Source of the DNA: Adineta vaga
Lineage: Eukaryota > Animalia > Rotifera
NCBI GenBank assembly: GCA_021613535.1
Contig: CP075497.1
Coordinates: 6,014,001 to 6,078,000 of the forward strand
Reading direction: 5' to 3'
DNA: 64,000 nt
The position numbers and the translations under genes are program-made. Under the pieces are notes generated by a model that made no database searches, had not been told where the DNA came from, and saw only the letters and a list, made by a program, of their open reading frames with translations. Shown here in pieces: positions 55,983-64,000 of the stretch. Numbering within the stretch: the first letter of the stretch is position 1; the number at the start of each line of letters is the position of its first letter.

Positions 55983-56708
55983 TTACACAAATCGCCATTG
56001 TTGACCAAGATCAGCATGATCACGTCTAGCTAAAGTTACATGTGTTGTTTCCTGATCAGTAACTTGTAAAAACATATAGTCCATCTGATTCATTACTTTT
56101 GCTACAGTTCGAATTCGAAAATAATCCTTTTCACCTGTTGGAATAATATCCCAAAGTTGTGTTTTATCATTATTAAAATCTTGTGTTTCAACATCGATCG
56201 ATTTATCTTTTCCAATGACACTCAGAACTTTTCCACTAGGTTGAGTGATTAATTTAAATTGATGCTGATCATTTTGTTCAATATTCATTGCAATTTGAAA
56301 GGTTTCATGTAAACGATTAACTGCACTATAGCGACGAGTTGGATGGAAATTTAATTGTTTACCTAGAAGATTTTCAAAATAATTCGTTTATGAGATGAAA
56401 TAACGAGAACATACGTAAAACAGCATCACGACATGATTTTAAACATTCTTCACTTGTTTGAAATCTATTATGATTACCCATTAAACCACCATAGACAAAT
56501 TTGTTACATGTCTTATTACGAGCATCCCATGCATATACTTCAAAGTATGCACGACCTGGACCAGGATCAGCTCGTTCAAAACAATCAAAATCAGCAATAT
56601 CTATATAAAATTCAATGCTATTCTTATTCATTCAATTCAGTACTTACTTGAGTATACACTCGATAATCCTAGACATGAAATCAATATGACGAATACGACT
56701 GATACCAT
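55983..56708 (-). CDS. Secreted Kunitz/BPTI domain (4-Cys) + ricin-B/beta-trefoil-like domain; 3' end uncertain (possible extra exon to ~55880)
   Basis: Signal MVSVVFVILISCLGLSSVYT; Kunitz CFERADPGPGRAY...CNKFVYGGLMGNHNRFQTSEECLKSC; then SGKVLSV...TQLWDI and FLQV...GQQWRF (QxW motifs). Confidence 0.8.
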
Positions 56709-57613
56709 CTTATTAGTTTTAGTTGTTATTATCAATTCAAAGCAAAGTTTTCCTCTTCATTGCATCGGTATTTATCTTTTTAATTTCACCGATGAGAATA
56801 TTCAACATCGGTTTTAATCTGTTTTGTTAATTTTTATCTTTCGTTGTTCTCTATTATGATTCTTATTGTTCGATATTTTCATTTCAGATAAAAATCATAC
56901 GGAATTAATTTTTCTCTCATTGTCCAGGTATCGATCAAAGATCAAATAAATATTCGTCATCGTTTAAACTTTCATCCTGATTAACATCAAAAGAATATTT
57001 GTCTAACGTGTCTTGTATAAATCGTATGTTACAAGAAGTGCACTAACGAAATAGTAAACATGTGTGTTATACTTTGGACTTCGTAGGTTTTTTAAATAGA
57101 TATTATCAAAATCATAGAATTTATCAAAATAGTTTGAAATCCTCATTGAACCAAACAATAATAAACAAGTTCTTGTATCCTAACATCGCTCGATTGAAAT
57201 CGTATATTCAAAATAAAAAATATATCAATCAATCCTTTTTAAATCTTGTCACTCACGGATTGTTCGTTTTTTCTCCACTTTGGTTACTTGTTAGAAGAAT
57301 ATTATTGTATTCTGAATGGTTCATTTGTTGATCAATTATGATTTTTATACATAATTTTAACTAATAAATCTAATTTCTTTCATTATAAACTAAATCTTTC
57401 TTTTTCTCTTTTAAATTTATAGAAATATCAAAAATCTATTCTGTTTACTATAATCAATCTTTGTCGCCACATTCTACGATAATAAACTAGCGCTAGTATA
57501 GCTACACATATATCGAACATGTCCATCTGTTTTTTTTTTGGCTTGAAAAAAATCGATTGAGGAACTAAAGGATTACTTACAGTTGTTTTTTGTTCTTTTT
57601 CTTTAGAATTCAA

Positions 57614-58183
57614 ATGCCAGAACCATCACCACCAGAACATGTCTACGGACTAAATAAATGGTCCGATATTGGCTATACAACATTAGATACGCTATATTTA
57701 GGACCGGTTCGATGGTTTCATCGTAATTTTGTCGACCGTTTTCGTGGACCAGCTTATCCCTATTATCATCGTAAATTTAACGATGTGAAAACAATTGATG
57801 AATGTGAAATTCATGATCAAGTTTGTTTCTACGAAGCAGAAATGGCTTTCTTACGTGAACGACGTATTGATTCAATGATTGTCGAAATTCTTCAAGATCG
57901 TTTATCACGTTGTGTTATTCATGAAGGTCGAATTGATGCTTTAGATAAATGTGCGAAAGAAAAAGATGCTCTATTCGAATCCCATGCTAATTGGTATCAA
58001 AAATATGGTGAAATGGGTGTACCACATAGTTGTATTGATGCTTATATGAAACAAAAACATCATATGATTTGGATGCGTCGTCATCCTGAAGTTGATCTTA
58101 AAGGATGGGCTGTCGAACGTGAACTTGAACGTAAAACAAAAGAATATATCAAGAGCATTCCCATGCCAATGGAAATTCGATAA
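57614..58183 (+). CDS. NDUFB10: NADH:ubiquinone oxidoreductase 1 beta subcomplex subunit 10 (PDSW)
   Basis: YYHRKF..V..IDEC...D.VCFYEAE..F.RER.ID..IV.ILQDRL..C...EG and KC......F......W..KYGEMG motifs; single coding exon. Confidence 0.93.
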   Translation: MPEPSPPEHVYGLNKWSDIGYTTLDTLYLGPVRWFHRNFVDRFRGPAYPYYHRKFNDVKTIDECEIHDQVCFYEAEMAFLRERRIDSMIVEILQDRLSRCVIHEGRIDALDKCAKEKDALFESHANWYQKYGEMGVPHSCIDAYMKQKHHMIWMRRHPEVDLKGWAVERELERKTKEYIKSIPMPMEIR

Positions 58184-58365
58184 ACATAAAAACAAGAAAA
58201 AGAAACACTTCTATACTATCCTTTCCGTTTGTTTTCTCGTTCCCTTGTTAGACTATTTCTTACGACTTGTATTTTCCTTCCTTCTAAGTTTTTTTTTTCT
58301 TTTGTATAAAAAGATCATTACCATGGATCAGTATAAAACAAATAGTCTCTTATTTGATTTCTAGA

Positions 58366-59978
58366 ATGAAACCAATTCAGACATTAGGAACAACATTTGA
58401 TCGTTTTGATTTGTTTACAATTATCTTTGATATTTGTATATCGATTGTTGGCAGTTTGATTGTCAATCGTTTAGTTCCAATATTAAAAGAGAAATTTATT
58501 CGAGCACAATTATGGGGATATGATTTAAATAAAAGAAGTTCACGAGAAATTAAAATGTAAGTAAATCTAATGGAATAGATGAAACTATATTTGCAATTAT
58601 TCTAGTGCAGAATCTCAAGGTGTTATAGCTGCCGGCATTTTTCTAATACTAATGTTTATTATGATCGCTATCGTTTTTTCGGAACATTTACATCCACAAA
58701 GTGATTTTCCACATAATAAAGTAATACGAAAGATTTTCAATGAGGATACATTTTTGATGAATTTATTTTTAAAGTTTGTAGAATATTTAGCTGCATTACT
58801 TTCTATTTGTTGTATGGTATTACTTGGCTTTGCGGATGATGTATTAGATTTACGTTGGAGTGTGAAATTATTATTACCATTAATTGCGTCCTTACCACTT
58901 CTATTAGTTTATTTTGCTAACTATCATTCAACAACGATTATTTTACCTAAACCAATTCGACCATTTCTTGGTCATCAATGGAATCTTGGTAGATTAAACT
59001 ATGATTGAATCTTGTTTTTATGATTGAATTTTAGGTATTTTCTATTATGTTTATATGAGTATGGTAGCAGTATTTTGTACAAATGCAATTAATATTCTAG
59101 CCGGTGTCAATGGATTAGAAGTTGGACAATCAATTGTGATTGCAACATCAATACTAATTTTTAATCTTATTGAATTACAAGGTTTGATATGATTTCCTAT
59201 TTTTGTTCAATACATGTTTCATCTTTTAGGTTCTTGTTGGGAAGAACATCTTTTCTCTCTTTATTTTATGATTCCATTTATTGCTTGTACATTTCCGATT
59301 TTACTTCGAAATTGGTTTGATAATCTTCTGTTCTTTTTCTTCTTATTATTATTTTCTCGAATATATTTAGGTGTCCAGCAGAAATCTTTGTTGGTGATAC
59401 TTTCTGCTATTTTGCTGGAATGACATTTGCAGTTGTTGGTATTATAGGACATTTTAGTAAAACAATGTTGTTATTCTTCACACCACAAATTATTAATTTT
59501 CTTCTTTCTATTCCGCAATTATTTCACTTTATTCCATGTCCAAGACATCGTTTACCAAGGTAAAATGAGTTCTTCGAATAATCTAATGAAGACTATTTGT
59601 TTAGATTGAATGCGGAAATGAATAAACTTAATCCATCCGAAATCGAATTTAAAAAGAAAGATTTGAAAACATTAGGATGGTTAATGTTACGTTTCTTTTC
59701 AGCAATCAAATTGATTAAATATCGAGAATTTAAAAAATATGATAATGAAATTATGATTGCAACAACAAATTTTACTATTATTAATACCGTACTCTGTTGG
59801 TGTGGTCCATTACATGAAGAAACATTAACACGTATCCTAATGTTGATACAAGTAAGATTTTCGTGAAAAATGAAAGAATAGTAAAACTTTATAGAATATT
59901 TTATTTTAGATTGTCTTTGGTACTTTGTTAACATTCTTTATTCGTTATTATCTCGTTCGATTTTTCTATGATACATGA
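58366..59978 (+). CDS. DPAGT1: UDP-GlcNAc:dolichyl-phosphate GlcNAc-1-phosphotransferase (GPT/ALG7)
   Basis: [63 protein letters not shown] and [10 protein letters not shown] motifs. Confidence 0.96.
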
Positions 59979-60555
59979 CTATTTGCTCGAAATAAATGGA
60001 TAAAAATGATCATTCTATACTGATTTTTTTCTGTGATAACTCAGAATTGATTATCAATCTTGATAGATAATAGCATATCTTTGTAATTCATCGTTTCTTG
60101 AGTGCATAAGGAAAGAAATTCATTAGAAACATACATTTATCTAATACAAATAACTTTTAAGAAATTGATTGTATTCATTCTCATTGTATTGAATTGTTTA
60201 TCATTTGAATTGAAAATCATTGTCTACAACACGTATATATATTCAACTAAGTGACCTCTTTCGGATAACTAAGATACAGAAGACTGATTCTTTGTATTCC
60301 AAGTGAATATATATTGACCGTTCTATAGAAAAGATTTTCCTTTCGTGCGCCATTCTTTCCTTGGATATATAGTTGACTGACGGACTATACTTCTATGAAA
60401 AGAACAAAGACTTCTATATGTGACTTATTGTGTTTACATGCATCGTTTCTTTATATATCGATTCGTTTTGAACGAACTTTGAGAGCAAATCTTTGATAAA
60501 TATATAGTTTAGATGCAGATCGATCATTTTTTAATTCTAGAAACGTTGAATTAAA

Positions 60556-62819
60556 ATGGACGAACACTTAAAAACCACCTCAACTTCACCCGATTCAAGT
60601 ATGATATCCTTATTTCACATAATGTCTGCTGTCTACTATACGAATTTCTTTTATTTAGTTTTCTCTGAATTTTCATCTCATGATTCAGGAATTAATTCTG
60701 CAACTGTTCCTACTATGTCTGCTATGTCAGTACTTTCACCTCTTCGTTCATCAATTACAATAGCGAATATGAGCAATGTTGCAAATTCATTTGATGATCA
60801 AAACTTTTTTCGTGATGACTATAGTTCACGACGAGCAGCTGGTTCAACTTGGTGGTAACTGAAAACATAATTTATCATCCGTATTTTGACTTTATTTCCG
60901 TTCTTAGGCAATCAGAAACCGAAAATTTGAATTTTCAATTCGACTCATTCAATCAACATTCACCACCACCACCACCTAGCTATCTTATAACTGATTTTCA
61001 GTAAGTTATAATCCGTTGTGTCTCTTTATTATACAATGAAATCAGAAATACATTTAGTACCAATCGGAATATTGCTTCTTCGTCCATAGCTGATGTACTC
61101 GTTTCACCAATGTCTCGTCTATCTGCATCATCATCAGTCATGTCTTTAAATAGTATCAGCAACCAAAAACCAATGAATCAACGATCGGTGAGCAGTCACA
61201 TATGTACCTTGTCATTTGATATTCCATTCACATCACAAAACTTACACATAACCCCTATTAGAAATGGAATATTAAAAAAAATGTTATCCTGTATCTTCAA
61301 TATGCTTAACAGACTTTGTCTAATTATAAATTTTAGTTTCGACCGCCCATGACCACTTCAACTGATCAATTGGCTTCGTCATCTGAACATAAACATCATT
61401 CTCTTTCTGGACAATACTTGTTACCATTACCAGCATCATTGTCAAATCGACAAACGTTCTCTGCTATTGACAACATTCCATCCATCGTCTCAGACAATGA
61501 TCTGCAACGAGTTCCACCTTCCTTCAGAACACTCACATCCTCAGCAACATTTGGTACATTTTCTACTATCTAACTTTTCATCATTCACACTCTTCATCAT
61601 TATAGGCAATGGTTCTCTCCTACAATCTCAAACACAGCCACAACCACAGATTGTCCACACTGCTGGTCGATCAAATCCAATGCCATCTTGGCGAGGTTAC
61701 TTACCAATGAGATTCGAGCCCATGACCATCGATCAATATCAAATCAACTCTAACTTCTCACAAAAAGTGTTTCTTGGTGGTATTTCTCCTGAACTCACCG
61801 AAGGTAAGTCGTCCTCTTATCCTCATTTATCATGTACACTTTGTGCTTTAGCTGAGTTGTTGCTGGTATTGAGAAAGTTTGGCAAATGCAACATCAAATG
61901 GCCAAAGAATGATGGACTCAATCACAACATGCCAGGTTTCTGTCATGTTGTATTTCGAGAATCTCGATCAGTGTGTGAACTTCTTAAACATTGCACTCGT
62001 CAACAACGATCGACCATCGACTATTTTCTGCACATTCACATGTCACCAACATTACAACCACCATCGTCATTGTCTTCATCAGCAATGACAAGCACAGGAT
62101 CAGCTCTTTCATTTCGATCCAATCGTCTCAAACCGGTATGTTTCATTCTTTTTCTCATGATCATCATCGCCTGTCACCGTCATTTGCCTAGATCCAAGTA
62201 GTGCCATGGAATATGAAAGACAACGTTTTTGTCATGCAACAAGAAAACATCTCGACCAACGAAACATCATACAAAGACTGGTCACGAACAATCTTTGTTT
62301 CACCACTTCATGGCAAAATGACTGCATTCAGTCTTGCAACGATCATGTCCAGTGTGTTTGGATCGGTGTCGATGGCCCAGATAAATACAGATAAATATGG
62401 ATATCCGACAGGTGAGTTGTTGAGAGTGAAAGATTGAGAATGTGAAGTGACAAAGGATGTTGATGTATAGGGACGGGAACAGTGTTGTTTTGTGACTCGC
62501 ACAGTTACATGCGAGCAGTGGCTGCTGGTGCGATTGACATCAAGTCCGATTGTTTTCATAAGCTGGTAAGTTGTTAGTTTTGTTTATGCAACGGTCAGAA
62601 GATGATGATCATGATCGTGATGTTTAGCTTGATATTGATCCATTTCTGCGCGAAAATGAACCATGTGCATTTTGTCCATCGGTTGCTGATTTGTTTTGTC
62701 GAAACTTCCATTGTCTTCGATCATATTGTAAACAATGTTGGGTGAATCGTCATGGTACGAAGCCACTTGCTGATCATCAACCTGCAACTCGACGACAACA
62801 ACCATTACCACATATTTAA
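60556..62819 (+). CDS. CPEB1: Cytoplasmic polyadenylation element-binding protein, CPEB1/Orb-like (disordered N-terminus, two RRMs, ZZ finger)
   Basis: SQKVFLGG..PELTE, IQVVPW, RTIFVSPLHG, TDKYGYPTG, LDIDPFL and the ZZ finger CAFC...FCRNFHCLRSYCKQCW...H...H. Confidence 0.9.
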
Positions 62820-64000
62820 AAAATACAATCTATCAAACTTAGCGAAGATCATCCTTCGTTTTTCTTTCTATTTTTCATTTTTATTCACTTTTGTATACAG
62901 TATCTTTCATTTCTTATCGAAAAACAGGCTGGTCGTATCTTCATTTTTTATGTGTTTGAAAATTCGATGTGAAAATTGGATATTGTACTTTTTTTACTTG
63001 TGTCAGTATGTAGTATAGTTTTTCGTGTACATAAACTGTATTTCTATCAACAGAACTACCATGTAGTTTACTTGTTGAATAATATCGTTTATCGTTGTTT
63101 ATTTGTTTTTCTATTAACTAATTGTCATTTGAACTAATAGTAAACTATTTTTCACCGGTATTGTAAATATTTGCAGAGGGGTAACTTCGGAAATGAAGAT
63201 ATTTCCTGTTTACTTTGTGTTTTGAACCTCCCTATATGTTGTTGTCATCGTAATGATTTTTCATTGTTTTTCTTCAAGAAAATATATAATTGTTTGATGA
63301 TCTAAATAATATATTTTCTTTCAGTCACGAAATGCAATATCTAAATACATGTGAATGGAATGTATGAGGAACACATTTTTTCATAGTGACATATTGAATG
63401 CATAGAAATTATAAATAATGCAACGGTTTCAATAACGATATATTTGAAGATTTGAAAGAAAATCGTTTATTTTTTCTTTTCAGTAATTTAAATATTACTA
63501 GCTATATAAATGTCAATTCATTGTCTTTTCTTCAATCCCTCGATATATACGTATATATGTAACTCGATAATGTTAGAAGAAACAGAAAAAATGTTAATTG
63601 TTCATTTCATTTCGTCTTACACGTGTTCAATATTTGTAGAAAAAGAGAATCAAAGGCGCAAGTTGAATAAGAATGAATTCAAACATCGAATTCATTACAA
63701 CTGATTGTTGTGTTATTATATGTCACGTCAAAGTAACGATGTTACGACCATTATTAAAATATGTTCGTGTTGTACAGGATGACCGACGATTAAAATCGAA
63801 TTGATACTTCCGACTACAGGTATAGAAAGTTGAATTTTCTTCTTTTGTAATGATAAAATGAGTAAATAGAATCATTTTTTCCGATTGACTCTAGTCCAAT
63901 CTATATCTCGACTTGAAACGGCAATCTAATAAATTAAGTGTGAAAGAACAATTTCGATATGTTCAAGAAATGATGGCATATAAAAAAGAAACAGATCAAT

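Noticed and set aside
63150-63235. Hairpins downstream of CPEB and a tcaccgg miR-36-like start
   Set aside because: Seed mismatch and only short stems; insufficient for an ncRNA call.

Overview
AT-rich (roughly 70% AT by eye), gene-dense animal genomic DNA with many short GT-AG introns (mostly ~45-65 nt). This architecture and gene set suggest a bdelloid rotifer (inference, not verified). About 20 spliced protein-coding genes were reconstructed by hand. Conserved genes: BRM/SMARCA2/4 (truncated at the left edge), a Brat-like NHL protein, RAB3GAP1, TBC1D13, SPCA/ATP2C1, CLP1, ARPC1, two surface LRR proteins, a CLIC, a lark/RBM4-like two-RRM protein, an RNI-like LRR protein with an X-box, a protocadherin-like gene, NDUFB10, DPAGT1 and a CPEB1/Orb-like gene. 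The most novel region is a minus-strand island at ~49.8-56.7 kb. It holds (i) two paralogous small Cys-cluster membrane proteins, (ii) a secreted protein combining a catalytically dead group-XII-like phospholipase A2 fold, seven consecutive symmetric phase-1 microexons and an Asn/Gly/Thr repeat, and (iii) a 4-Cys Kunitz + ricin-B-like fusion. Other notable signals: duplicated alternative terminal exons in SPCA, a cassette microexon in RAB3GAP1, an intronic H/ACA snoRNA candidate in CLP1, paired alternative first exons using tandem acceptors, and possible trans-splicing/operon-like organisation. No tRNA, rRNA, CRISPR array or intact transposon was recognised. All gene models are manual and unverified by transcripts.
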